DNA from: an uncultured delta proteobacterium
GTDB taxonomy: Bacteria; Desulfobacterota; Desulfomonilia; Desulfomonilales; Desulfomonilaceae
Length of the DNA: 64,000 nt
Direction of reading: 5' to 3'
Assembly (NCBI GenBank): GCA_963789265.1
Contig: CAWBKB010000003.1
Span: 896,001-960,000, forward strand
Position 1 is the stretch's first letter, and every line of letters starts with the position of its first letter. A program made the translations under genes and the position numbers. The notes below the pieces were generated by a model. It did not search any database, had not been told where the DNA came from, and was given only the letters and a program-made list of their open reading frames with translations. Below, one piece after another: positions 10,382 through 20,174 of this stretch.

Positions 10382-10571
10382 AATCCTTCGCGAAGATTAC
10401 AAACCCTTCTTAAGTAAGGATTGAGGTCTCACAGGCCCCGTGATCCCTCTCTGCAATTACTAGCAATATGGCCTTTTAGAGTGGTCCCCGGAAAGCAATC
10501 ACGGAAAAGGATAACGCCTTTAGAGTTTCTGGTTCCCATGCTCCTACCGGTTGTCAGCGACGCGAGGAAAT

Positions 10572-10617
10572 GTAGGGGCGAATGCCATTCGCCCGGGCGA
10601 CCACCGGTCGCCCCTAC
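10572..10617. repeat. GTAG-family REP-like palindrome doublet
   Basis: GTAGGGGCGAATGCCATTCGCCC-GGGCGACCACCGGTCGCCCCTAC; near-identical inverted copy at 47316-47362. Confidence 0.8.
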
Positions 10618-10803
10618 CATCCCTCGATGGACGCCCGGTAATGGTTTTGTCCCCGCAAATCGGACAAAATTTTTGACATTTGCTATAGCTCTTCACAGTC
10701 CGTCATTACCTTCAAAAACCGCCCTAGGTTCTTTCCTTCCCCCATTCTCCCCTACGCGCTCCCTGTTTGTCTCCTGCCATCTTCCTTTGATCCGTAGCTT
10801 AGC

Positions 10804-10921
10804 TGTGGTTTTGCGCTACACCTGCTGTGGTGTTTTACAACAGGCATTAAGATCTCATTATATCCCATAGATATACGTACCAGACGAATTTGACCACACC
10901 GTAGTGTGGTGTTTCACCATG
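10804..10921. promoter_or_regulatory. Candidate enhancer-binding sites (TGT-N11-ACA)
   Basis: TGTGGTTTTGCGCTACA (10804) and TGTGGTGTTTTACAACA (10826) 22 bp apart, plus degenerate copies at 10882-10898 and 10905-10921. Confidence 0.55.
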
Positions 10922-11000
10922 CCAACACTCCCTAAGTGCGAAACGGTGGACTCATCTATTATCATGTAATTAGCCATACATAGGTGCCAGACACCGGACC

Positions 11001-11016
11001 TGGCACGAATGATGCT
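11001..11016 (+). promoter_or_regulatory. Sigma-54 (-24/-12) promoter
   Basis: TGGCACGAATGATGCT with GG-N10-GC spacing; IHF-like TATCATGTAATTA at 10960-10972. Confidence 0.75.
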
Positions 11017-11102
11017 TTACTAATCGACGACAGATGGAAATCACGGGAAAGCAAACCCGTCAGACTGTTACCAACATCTTCTCAAGCAAAAGGAGGCCCG
11101 TC

Positions 11103-11312
11103 ATGGCAACCGCGCAAGTTGAAAGGATATTCGAACCGGCGGCGGAACAACAGCACTGTGTTCACGCCCACACAGGCAAGGCCCCCCGGACTAAAATGTG
11201 CGCCCAAAACTATGAATGCGGAACCTGCCCTTTTGATCAGATGCTCGACGATGTAGTTCACAGTCGCCAGGATAGCCCCAAACTTCGAGAAATATCGGTT
11301 AAGGCTGCTTGA
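11103..11312 (+). CDS. Small Cys/His-rich protein, paralogous to a domain of the downstream GcvH-like protein (possibly a truncated paralog)
   Basis: AGGAGG RBS; CVHAHTGKAPRTKMCAQNYECGTCPFDQMLDD closely matches CRHALTGRAPQNKMCARNYECGDCPYDQMLDD of 11480..12376. Confidence 0.65.
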   Translation: MATAQVERIFEPAAEQQHCVHAHTGKAPRTKMCAQNYECGTCPFDQMLDDVVHSRQDSPKLREISVKAA

Positions 11313-11479
11313 GGCCCGGCTGCGGAGGCAACTCCTGCTCCGACCGGCCGTTACAGCCCAACGGTTCAATTCCACTGGTCCGATTACGCCTGGCTACGGT
11401 ATTGAAAGCGTTTGACAGCAGATTGTGGACAAAATAGACGAATCAAACCGACAGAGAATACCCTCAAAGGAGGCTACCA

Positions 11480-12376
11480 ATGGCAACAATAGACAAAAAG
11501 AGAAACGTGCCCACCGGGTTCAACTTCTCCGAAAAGGAGTGCATCTGGATGCGGGCTAAGGTCGTGCCCACCAAGTATTGCGACAATGCGTTCGACTGCA
11601 CTACCTGTGCTTTCGACAAAGGCATGGCCCGCAAGATGTCCCTGGAATCCCATGAGGCCGGGTGGGATACGAAAATGTTCGATCTGCCGGTTCAGGATCA
11701 GCGTTGTCGCCATGCTCTCACGGGACGTGCGCCTCAAAACAAGATGTGCGCACGCAACTACGAATGCGGAGACTGTCCGTACGATCAAATGCTGGATGAC
11801 ATGATACAGGTGGACCACACTCTTTTCGGGCCGCCGCAGTATCTGAACGCGCATGGTTTTCTTGTTCCCCGGGACTACTACATTCACAAGGGCCACGGTT
11901 GGGCCCGGCTGGAATACGGCGGCCGCGTGCGTGTGGGATTGGACGATTTCGGAAACCGGCTTGTCGGCAAGGTGGACAAATTTCGGCTTCCGGCGCTGGG
12001 GACTCGTTTTAAAACCGGCGAAGAATCATTCATTCTTCAAAGGGAAGGCAACGAAGCCGGGATAAGGGCCCCGCTTCAGGGAGTGGTCACGGCGGTCAAT
12101 CAGAAGCTCTTGGATCAGCCCCAGTGCGCAAACGCGGATCCGTACAGTTCAGGCTGGGTGATGCTGGTGGATCCTCTTGAGCTGAAACCCGATCTCAAGG
12201 AACTTTGCTTCGGAGTTGACAGCGTGAAGTTCATAGAAGCGGAAGCTGAGCGTCTGCTCTCCATGATTACCGACGACCCGACTGCCGCGGCGGCCACAGG
12301 TGGTGAGCCAATAGCCGACGTATACGGGGCGTTTAGAGAGATAGGCTGGGATCGGCTGGTCAGAGGTTTTATCTAA
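11480..12376 (+). CDS. GcvH-like protein with two N-terminal Cys-rich domains, lacking the lipoyl-lysine
   Basis: H-protein pattern HGWARLE...VRVGLDDF...IRAPLQGVVTAVN...NADPYSSGWVMLV; LQREGNE where the (E)SxK lipoyl motif normally sits. Confidence 0.8.
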   Translation: MATIDKKRNVPTGFNFSEKECIWMRAKVVPTKYCDNAFDCTTCAFDKGMARKMSLESHEAGWDTKMFDLPVQDQRCRHALTGRAPQNKMCARNYECGDCPYDQMLDDMIQVDHTLFGPPQYLNAHGFLVPRDYYIHKGHGWARLEYGGRVRVGLDDFGNRLVGKVDKFRLPALGTRFKTGEESFILQREGNEAGIRAPLQGVVTAVNQKLLDQPQCANADPYSSGWVMLVDPLELKPDLKELCFGVDSVKFIEAEAERLLSMITDDPTAAAATGGEPIADVYGAFREIGWDRLVRGFI

Positions 12377-12539
12377 GACCAATTCGCGTTTGTCCTAGGA
12401 GTTAGTGGGACCGGCATCCTGCCGGTCCATGACGGTGCATTCACAGGAATGCGCCGTAACTTGTCCTAGACAGGACATTGCGGGGTAGTCCCGAGGGACC
12501 CGCGGGACTGCTTGCTGTTCGTTACTCTGGACTCCGATC

Positions 12540-12712
12540 CAATAGGCGCTAACTTAATGCGGCGTCTTGATTCCGCAAGGCCCCCTCACCCTGCCCTCTC
12601 CCGCCACGGGGAGAGGCTTTTCTTGATCCCCTCCCTTGATGGGAGGGGGAAGGGGGAGGGTGATAAGGCATTGAAATTACCAGGCAGCACGACAATAAGT
12701 TAGCGTCTATGG
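12540..12712. mobile_element. MITE-like element (173 bp) with 17-bp imperfect TIRs and 10-bp near-perfect target duplication
   Basis: Left CAATAGGCGCTAACTTA, right TAAGTTAGCGTCTATGG; flanks GACTCCGATC / CACTCCGATC; internal CCCCTCACCCTGCCCTCTCCC...GGGAGAGG hairpin repeat. Confidence 0.7.
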
Positions 12713-12769
12713 CACTCCGATCCGGGGTCCAGCGTGGATGCCCGCATAGACGGGCATGACGCCATGCAA

Positions 12770-12793
12770 GGCGGGTTTGAAACCCGCCCCTAC
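12770..12793. repeat. GTAG-family REP-like palindrome
   Basis: GGCGGGTTTGAAACCCGCCCCTAC, same type as the REP interrupted at 47072-47285. Confidence 0.7.
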
Positions 12794-12893
12794 CAGAAAC
12801 ACGGTGTCACTTGCTCGCGCATTGTGAGATCGGCGTGATTTGGTTTCAACGCATGGCCAAGAACCGTTTTCTTTTGCGGTCCATTGTTGCGAG

Positions 12894-14343
12894 CTATGTG
12901 TTGATCAATTTGGCAGCAGTGATGCGAATGATGTCTATTATCGGGGACGGATACACGCCAAGCAGTAGGAGTAGCAATGTGAGGGCTGCCAGAAACTATG
13001 CTTGCTGCAACCGGAGCGGATGAAGACGGAAGGATGGTCTCCCGTTCCGCGGGCGCTCTTGAAAAGGTCACAATAATAACTCTAAGGTAATAAAAAAGAC
13101 CAATAGCACTATTTATTACCAGGATCGTTACAAGCAGCCACAAGGCAGAGCCGATTCCCGCGGTCATCACATATAATTTTCCGAGAAATCCAGCGGTCAG
13201 GGGAATGCCAGCCAATGACAGAAGCATTGCGGTGAAGACGCCGGCCAGCCAGGGCCTCTTCCATGCCAACCCTCGATAGTCTTCCAGGTCCTCCGCGTCT
13301 CCCTCACTGCCAGATAGCACCGTGATAACGCCGAAGGCACCCAACGTAGTCACAAAATAGGCGACTAAATAGAAACTGACCGCAGTAATTGCCATCGGAC
13401 CGGTCGCCAGAAACGCTATCAGCAAGTATCCCATGTGAGCGATGGATGAATACGCCAGAATGCGCTTCACGTTATTCTGCAGGAGGGCCAGGAAATTCCC
13501 GACAAACATTGAAGCGATCGCTACAGCACTGAATACAATAAAGAGCGGCGTCTGAGCTTGAACATTCGATTGCGTCAGGTACCTGAACAGGACCGCAAAC
13601 ATTGCGCCCTTAGACACTGTTGCAATAAAGGCCGTTATGGGTGCGGGCGCCCCCTCATATACGTCGGGGGTCCACATGTGGAATGGCGCCACCGCGAGTT
13701 TGAATCCTATACCTATAATCAGCATGGAGAGGCCTGTCACTACTACGGCTGAGCCTGCACTGCTCATGCTGGATAACAACTTCAGACCAATTAGATCCAT
13801 TCTGCCCACTTGCGCGTATATTAGGGCCATTCCAAAGAGCAAGAACGCATCGGACATTGCCGCCAAAATCAGGTATTTTACGCCCGCTTCAATACTCTTT
13901 GGCAGCCTCCTCAGGTAGGCAATAAGCGCATACAATGACACGTTGAGAGTTTCCAGGCCCACAAAGAAAGAGGCAAAGTGGCTGCTGCTTACCATTACCG
14001 AAGCCCCCAAAGCAGCAGTTAGCAAGATGACATAAAACTCCTCTTTATTCTCTTCGTGTTTCTTCAGATAGCCGTATGCCAGGAGAGCGACAGGTAAAGT
14101 CGTGCCCACCATCAATGCCATGAAGAAGAGAGCGTATCCGTCCATGAGGATGAGTGGCGTTACCTGCCGAGGGGCCACGGGAGAAATTAGAAATATTACG
14201 CCCAATGTCAGGACGAGGCCCGCCACGGTCAATACAGCAGTCAGCAAGTGATTGCGGTAGAACACGATCGCCAACATGATGGCCGCAGGCGTCGCAGCCA
14301 TCACAAAGAAGGGCGAAAGCGTAAAGAGGTCTGCTGAATTCAT
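12894..14343 (-). CDS. nuoN: NADH-quinone oxidoreductase subunit N (+1 frameshift near 12994 alters the C-terminus in the ORF track)
   Basis: FKLAVAPFHMWTPDVYEGAP, KRILAYSSIAHMGY; removing one base restores ...ASIVLAALTLLLLLLGVYPSPII...NT* with stop at 12894. Confidence 0.93.
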
Positions 14344-15917
14344 GGGTTATTCGGGTCAGCCTCCGAGGGGCCATCGCCCAGCTTTCTAGAAAAAGTCGAT
14401 GAAAACACGACCTCTCGACTGACGACAACTTGCCGTGCGGCAACCACCTTCTTTTGCAAAGCCGAAAGGGCCGGCGCTGAAGTGTTAAGCACTGGCTGAG
14501 GGTGAAGCCCTAACCACAGCAGGCCCGCGGCCATTACGGCAGTAATTGCGGCTTCTCTAACAGATAGATCGGGCAATCGCAAAAACTTGTGAAGAGGTCC
14601 GTAAAACGCCCGCTGAATCATCCAGGTTGCGTAAATGACTGACATGACCAGCCCAAAAGCTGCAGGCACAGCCGCGAACGCGTTTACTTTGTAAGTTCCC
14701 ACCAGCACCAGGAATTCACCTACGAAATTGCCGAGGCCGGGCAAACCGAGAGAAGCTACGGCAAAAAATAAGGCCATTCCTCCCAGCCAAGGTACAGCGG
14801 GCCAGAGTCCGCCCATCTGATTCATGTCGCGAGTATGAATTCGCTCCTGAAGCATGCCCACAAGTACGAAGAGCGCCCCTGTGCTGAGACCGTGGCAGAT
14901 CATCTGCATCACTGCGCCTTGAAGCGCCATCGAATTCAGCGCATAGATTCCAATGAGCACAAAACCCAAGTGGCTGATGCTGGTGTACGCCACAAGCCTC
15001 TTGATATCAGTCTGAGCAAAGGCCATCGCGGCACCGTACAGGATGCCGATTACCCCCAGCCCCATGGCAACTGGTGTGAAAGCCAGGGCAGCACCAGGAA
15101 ACAGCGGAATTGCGAAACGCAATAGACCGTATGCGCCGGTTTTCAGCAGCAAACCTGCGAGGATTACACTGCCGGCGGTGGGGGCTTCCGTGTGCGCATC
15201 AGGCAACCACGTGTGTATGGGTACTACCGGCAGCTTTACCGCAAACGCGACGAAAAAGCCGAGCATCAGCCACATAGACGTGGAGGCTGAGATCGCCGTG
15301 CCCAACAGGTCGGAGTAGTTGAATGTGTATGTACCGGTATTATGGCCGTGTATCAGATAGAGCCCCAAAATTGCCAGCAGCATGAAAAGGCCGCCCGCCT
15401 GAGTGAAGATAAAGAATTTGAAGGCTGCATATATTCTGTTCTCGTGGCCCCATATCCCGATAAGAAAGTACATGGGCACGAGCATCAATTCCCAGAAGAA
15501 GTAAAAGAGGACCAGATCCAAGGCCAAAAAGACCCCTATTATCCCGGCCAGGACCATCATCAAATTGAAATGGAAGAAGCCGACCCGATCTTGTATCTCG
15601 CTCCAGGAGCAAAGCACCGACACGATCCCCAGAAAAACTGTGAGCAGGATCAGAAGAAGACTCAGGCCATCCATCCCGAGATGAAAACTTATGCCCAATT
15701 GAGGGATCCAGGCCCGATTCAGTTCGAACATCCAGGTGTTCTGTCCGAGACTTACCACGCCCGGGATCTGTTTCAGCCAGATTCCCAGAATTATCGCCAG
15801 ATCGATGAAAAGCGCTACCAGTGCAGACCACCGAGACCACTTGGAACTCCAACAGGAAAGAAGCCAGGCCAAAAGACCGCCGGCCAAGGGAATAATGATC
15901 AGCCAGGCTAATATCAT
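14340..15917 (-). CDS. nuoM: NADH-quinone oxidoreductase subunit M
   Basis: FFWELMLVPMYFLI, HTWLPDAHTEAPTAGS, KRLVAYTSISH; start at MILAWL overlaps the nuoL stop. Confidence 0.95.
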   Translation of the reverse strand: MILAWLIIIPLAGGLLAWLLSCWSSKWSRWSALVALFIDLAIILGIWLKQIPGVVSLGQNTWMFELNRAWIPQLGISFHLGMDGLSLLLILLTVFLGIVSVLCSWSEIQDRVGFFHFNLMMVLAGIIGVFLALDLVLFYFFWELMLVPMYFLIGIWGHENRIYAAFKFFIFTQAGGLFMLLAILGLYLIHGHNTGTYTFNYSDLLGTAISASTSMWLMLGFFVAFAVKLPVVPIHTWLPDAHTEAPTAGSVILAGLLLKTGAYGLLRFAIPLFPGAALAFTPVAMGLGVIGILYGAAMAFAQTDIKRLVAYTSISHLGFVLIGIYALNSMALQGAVMQMICHGLSTGALFVLVGMLQERIHTRDMNQMGGLWPAVPWLGGMALFFAVASLGLPGLGNFVGEFLVLVGTYKVNAFAAVPAAFGLVMSVIYATWMIQRAFYGPLHKFLRLPDLSVREAAITAVMAAGLLWLGLHPQPVLNTSAPALSALQKKVVAARQVVVSREVVFSSTFSRKLGDGPSEADPNNP

Positions 15918-17806
15918 GAGAACACCATGATCGCTACGACGAGAACAGCACCGATAACGATTCCTACTGCGTAGCGTCGGAGAATTCCCGACTGAGTGTC
16001 GCTGAGGACGCAATGAAAAAACCGGCTGAGGCCGGCAATGCCCAGGTATATCTGATCCAGCACATCCGAACGATTTATGCGGGCCAACCAAACAAATGGC
16101 TTCACAAGCAATTTGTCGTAAAGCCAGTCGAACCCCCAACCGTTGAACCACAGCCGATGGGCAATTCGGCCTGGTGTGGACGCCGCCAAATTGTCTGCAT
16201 AGCGGGGCTGACGAAGGAAAAAGACATACGCGACGTAGATCCCAATCAGGGAAATGGCTCCGCTTGCTATCTCGAAAATCTCTTCAGCTCGCATAGACAC
16301 GTTTGCCACAGCCGTGGCAGGGAGCGCAGTTTTCAAGAAATCCGAAAAGATCCTAACGTTTCCTAAAACATGAGGCAGTTCAATAAAACCTATGATCACC
16401 GACAGAACCGCCAGTATTATCAAAGGAACTCGGATCACTTTCGTAGGCCGCCACTCGACAGCCTCTTTTGGTTCACCCCAAAAGGTCAAAAATACCATAC
16501 GAAAGGAATAGATCGAGGTTAGTAAAGCGCCTACTAATGCTCCAAGGCCCAGCCAAAAGCCGCCTCTCGGCGCCAACCATGCATGCCAAATGATCGGGTC
16601 TTTGCTGTAGAAACCGCCGGTCACAAGCGGCAGGGCCGACAAGGATGCAGCGCCGACAAGAAAAGTCCAGAATGTGACAGGCAGTTGCTTCCTTAGCCCG
16701 CCCATCTTGAACATGTCACGTTCTTCATGGAGGGCCGTTATTACTACGCCTGCGCTCAGAAAGAGGAGTGCTTTGAAAAACGCATGACTCACGAAGTGGA
16801 AAATTGCCGCAGACCAAGCTCCGACTCCTAGTGCAAGGAACATGTAACCGATTTGACTGATGGTCGAATAGGCCAAAACGCGCTTAATATCGAATTGCGT
16901 CATCGCGCTGAAGCCTGCCAGCAGCAAAGTGGCGCATCCGATTATCGCAACGGCAAACTGAACAGGAGGCGCTAAAGTGAAAAGCGCATGTGTGCGCGCA
17001 ATGAGGTAAACTCCTGCTGTCACCATGGTAGCAGCATGTATCAGGGCGCTAACAGGCGTGGGACCGGCCATTGCGTCGGGCAGCCATGTCTGCAAGGGCA
17101 ATTGAGCTGATTTTCCCAGAGCGCCTCCCAATAACAACGCGGCCGCGACAATGGCTGCGCAGGAACCCACAGGCCATTGCTGCGAAGCGCGGTGCATAAG
17201 TTCTTGGATTTGCAACGTTCCGAGGCTGTTAAAAAGAAAGAATAGGCCGATGGCCATAGCAGTGTCGCCAAGTCGAGTTACAATAAAAGCTTTGATGGCC
17301 GCACGACCGTTAGCCGGATCTTTGTACCAGAAGCCGATAAGTAAATAACTGCAGAGCCCTACCCCCTCCCATCCCAAATATAGAAACACCAGATTGTCTG
17401 CCAGCACAAGCACCAGCATGGACCCAACAAACAAATTCATGTACGCGAAGAATCGGCTATACCCTCCCTCCTCTGCCATATACTCCGCGGAGTATAGATG
17501 AATTAGAAAACCCACTATGGTCACCACAAGTATCATGACCACTGACAATGCGTCCAAATAGAGCGCTATTTGCGGTGCAAAACCTCCCACTTGCATCCAG
17601 GTTTTGATGATCTCAGTGTAAGCGTAATGCGGAGGCGCGGATGTTATAAATTCTATACCCGTAACAGTTGCCGCCAACGCGGAAAGACCAACCGACCCGA
17701 CGCCCACGATTGCTACTCCGGGTCGGGAAATCCGCGAGCCAAACAGCACCAGTATGGCAAAACCGGCTAAAGGAACCGCTGGGACCAGCCACAGGAACTC
17801 AAACAT
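15914..17806 (-). CDS. nuoL: NADH-quinone oxidoreductase subunit L
   Basis: GKSAQLPLQTWLPDAMAGPTPVSALIHAATMV, HAFFKALLFL. Confidence 0.96.
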   Translation of the reverse strand: MFEFLWLVPAVPLAGFAILVLFGSRISRPGVAIVGVGSVGLSALAATVTGIEFITSAPPHYAYTEIIKTWMQVGGFAPQIALYLDALSVVMILVVTIVGFLIHLYSAEYMAEEGGYSRFFAYMNLFVGSMLVLVLADNLVFLYLGWEGVGLCSYLLIGFWYKDPANGRAAIKAFIVTRLGDTAMAIGLFFLFNSLGTLQIQELMHRASQQWPVGSCAAIVAAALLLGGALGKSAQLPLQTWLPDAMAGPTPVSALIHAATMVTAGVYLIARTHALFTLAPPVQFAVAIIGCATLLLAGFSAMTQFDIKRVLAYSTISQIGYMFLALGVGAWSAAIFHFVSHAFFKALLFLSAGVVITALHEERDMFKMGGLRKQLPVTFWTFLVGAASLSALPLVTGGFYSKDPIIWHAWLAPRGGFWLGLGALVGALLTSIYSFRMVFLTFWGEPKEAVEWRPTKVIRVPLIILAVLSVIIGFIELPHVLGNVRIFSDFLKTALPATAVANVSMRAEEIFEIASGAISLIGIYVAYVFFLRQPRYADNLAASTPGRIAHRLWFNGWGFDWLYDKLLVKPFVWLARINRSDVLDQIYLGIAGLSRFFHCVLSDTQSGILRRYAVGIVIGAVLVVAIMVFS

Positions 17807-17807
17807 A

Positions 17808-18116
17808 TTACCCTCGCATCGTGCGGGCAGCATCCGAATCCAGCGTGCCAAAACGGTGGTACAACTGGAGCACGAGGGCTAGTCCGATTGCCACTTCAGC
17901 CGCCGCCATTGTCAGGATAAATATGAACATTATCTGTCCGTCGGCCTGTTGCCGTGCGGCACCCGCCACTATGAAGGCAAGTCCCGCGGCATTCAGCATA
18001 ATTTCAATAGACATCAACATAAAAATGATATTGCGCCGCACCAGGACCCCGATAGTTCCAAGGGCAAACAGTATCCCGGCCAAAATGAGTCCGTGTTCCA
18101 TTGGGATTGCTGACAT
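17808..18116 (-). CDS. nuoK: NADH-quinone oxidoreductase subunit K
   Basis: [28 protein letters not shown]; start at MSAIPMEHG. Confidence 0.95.
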   Translation of the reverse strand: MSAIPMEHGLILAGILFALGTIGVLVRRNIIFMLMSIEIMLNAAGLAFIVAGAARQQADGQIMFIFILTMAAAEVAIGLALVLQLYHRFGTLDSDAARTMRG

Positions 18117-18643
18117 CACGATGATTCCCTTTTTTGCGAAGATGTTACATTGTCCCGGTCCGGCCGCCCGAGGTGATAGGCCCCTATCAGCCCCGCGAGT
18201 AGCAGCATTGACGCCAATTCCACTCCCAAGATGTAAGGCCCGAACAGCACGATGGCAACTTGATTGGGGCCGACTTGCGCGGCCGCGGGGAAATGTCCGC
18301 CACCTCTTACGAGAGCGTAGACCAGTTCCGCCAAGAGAATTATCGCCAGAATGGAAGGCCCCACCCACGTCCCGGGACTGAGCCAATCTTTTTCCCGATT
18401 TAGGTCGGCGCGGCCCGGATTGATCATCATGATGACGAAAACAAATAGAACCATTATGGCCCCCGCGTAGATAATTACCTCGAGAGCTGCGGCAAATGGT
18501 GCTCCAAGTGCAAAAAAGATCAATGCCACTGAAAAAAGAGACAAAATAAGATAAAGCAGAGCGTGTACAAGATTAGTGCGAGTCACGACCATTATCGTTG
18601 AGATGACTGCTACAAGAGCGGATATGTAAAATAGCGCGCTCAT
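18116..18643 (-). CDS. nuoJ: NADH-quinone oxidoreductase subunit J
   Basis: [35 protein letters not shown]. Confidence 0.95.
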   Translation of the reverse strand: MSALFYISALVAVISTIMVVTRTNLVHALLYLILSLFSVALIFFALGAPFAAALEVIIYAGAIMVLFVFVIMMINPGRADLNREKDWLSPGTWVGPSILAIILLAELVYALVRGGGHFPAAAQVGPNQVAIVLFGPYILGVELASMLLLAGLIGAYHLGRPDRDNVTSSQKRESS

Positions 18644-18669
18644 AATATCCTCGACACAGACACTTTGCC

Positions 18670-19182
18670 TTATGGCATCAACGTATGAATATCCATCGGG
18701 GGGGCTTCATTTTCTGCCTCGCCTTTATCTTTGCCGCCAATGGCCAAGCCGGCTACTTTGTAAAAATTGTACCCGGGATATTTGCCCTGGCCGCTTATCA
18801 GGAGATCTTCTTTCTCGTAAACCAGGTTGTGCCGTTCGTATTCGCACATCTCGAAATCAGGCGTAAGCTGAATGGCATAGGTAGGGCATGCTTCCTCGCA
18901 AAAGCCGCAGAATATGCACCGTGAAAAGTTGATTCGGAAGAATTCCGGGTAGCGCCTGCCATGTTCGTCTTCCGTGGCTTGCAGAGCAATACAATCCACA
19001 GGACAAGCCACTGCACAAAGATAGCAAGCTACGCAGCGCTCTTCTCCGTCCGGATCGCGGGACAATATGATTCGACCTCTCCATCTCGGTGGAATATAAG
19101 GTTTTTCCTCGGGATAAAGTATGGTCTCCCGCTTTCGGAAGGTGTGCAAGAATATAGTCCATACAGTTTTGAGCAATGCCAA
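18670..19182 (-). CDS. nuoI: NADH-quinone oxidoreductase subunit I
   Basis: Two CxxCxxCxxxCP motifs ([27 protein letters not shown]). Confidence 0.96.
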   Translation of the reverse strand: MALLKTVWTIFLHTFRKRETILYPEEKPYIPPRWRGRIILSRDPDGEERCVACYLCAVACPVDCIALQATEDEHGRRYPEFFRINFSRCIFCGFCEEACPTYAIQLTPDFEMCEYERHNLVYEKEDLLISGQGKYPGYNFYKVAGLAIGGKDKGEAENEAPPMDIHTLMP

Positions 19183-19194
19183 CGTAAAGCCTCC

Positions 19195-20151
19195 TCAGCG
19201 GCCCGATGCCAACACGATACCACCGGTCACCAACAAGTTCAGAAGGGTGATCGGCAGCATCACCTTCCAGCCAAAAGACATCAATTGATCGTAGCGCGGC
19301 CTGGGGAGTGATGCTCGGACCAGGATAAAGCCGCCAATGAAGAAGAAGGTCTTCAGGAAAAACCAGACGATGGGCGGCAAAACAGGTCCCAGCCATCCGC
19401 CGAAGAACAGTGCAACGGTCAAGGTAGAAATTAACGTAATACCGAGATATTCACCCACGAAAAACATGCCGAACTTCATTCCTGAGTATTCGGTATGGTA
19501 CCCGGCAACCAATTCATTTTCGGCTTCAGGAAGATCGAACGGCAGTCGGCGAGTCTCGGCAAGACCCGCGATCAGGAAAATCACGAGCCCCAGGAACTGG
19601 GGAATACAAAACCAGATGTTCCTCTGAGCTTCCACGATGTCACGGAGGTTAAACGAGCCCGCCAGCATCACAACGCCCATGACCGACAGCCCCATGAATA
19701 CCTCGTAGCTCAGCATCTGGGCCGCAGCCCGAATCCCGCCCAGCAATGAGTATTTATTATCCGAGGCCCAGCCTGCGAGCGCCACACTGTAGACACTCAA
19801 AGAAGACATCGCCAGAAAGAAAAGAAGCGCAATGTTAAGATTCACCACTTGAATGCCCGGCGCAAAAGGGATCACTGAAAAAGAGAGCAGGACAGTCACC
19901 ATGATTACGGCAGGAGCAATTACGAACACCGCTTTGTCGCCAAACGGCGGAATCCAATCTTCCTTAGTAAATATCTTGATCATGTCTGCAAGAACTTGTA
20001 GCAGCCCGAAAGGTCCCGCGCGGTTGGGGCCGTAACGATCCTGCCAAAGCCCCAAAAGCCGTCGTTCCACCCAGATGAGTCCGGCAGCTATGCCGATCAT
20101 GACGAGCAAAACTCCCACGATGATTATGAGGGGCCTGATGATTTCGGTCAT
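19195..20151 (-). CDS. nuoH: NADH-quinone oxidoreductase subunit H
   Basis: [46 protein letters not shown]. Confidence 0.96.
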   Translation of the reverse strand: MTEIIRPLIIIVGVLLVMIGIAAGLIWVERRLLGLWQDRYGPNRAGPFGLLQVLADMIKIFTKEDWIPPFGDKAVFVIAPAVIMVTVLLSFSVIPFAPGIQVVNLNIALLFFLAMSSLSVYSVALAGWASDNKYSLLGGIRAAAQMLSYEVFMGLSVMGVVMLAGSFNLRDIVEAQRNIWFCIPQFLGLVIFLIAGLAETRRLPFDLPEAENELVAGYHTEYSGMKFGMFFVGEYLGITLISTLTVALFFGGWLGPVLPPIVWFFLKTFFFIGGFILVRASLPRPRYDQLMSFGWKVMLPITLLNLLVTGGIVLASGR

Positions 20152-20174
20152 ATCAGTCTTCGCTCACTTTGCGC

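Noticed and set aside
11480..12376. Annotation as true glycine cleavage H protein (gcvH)
   Set aside because: No lipoyl-lysine motif, extra Cys-rich domains and no gcvT or gcvP nearby.
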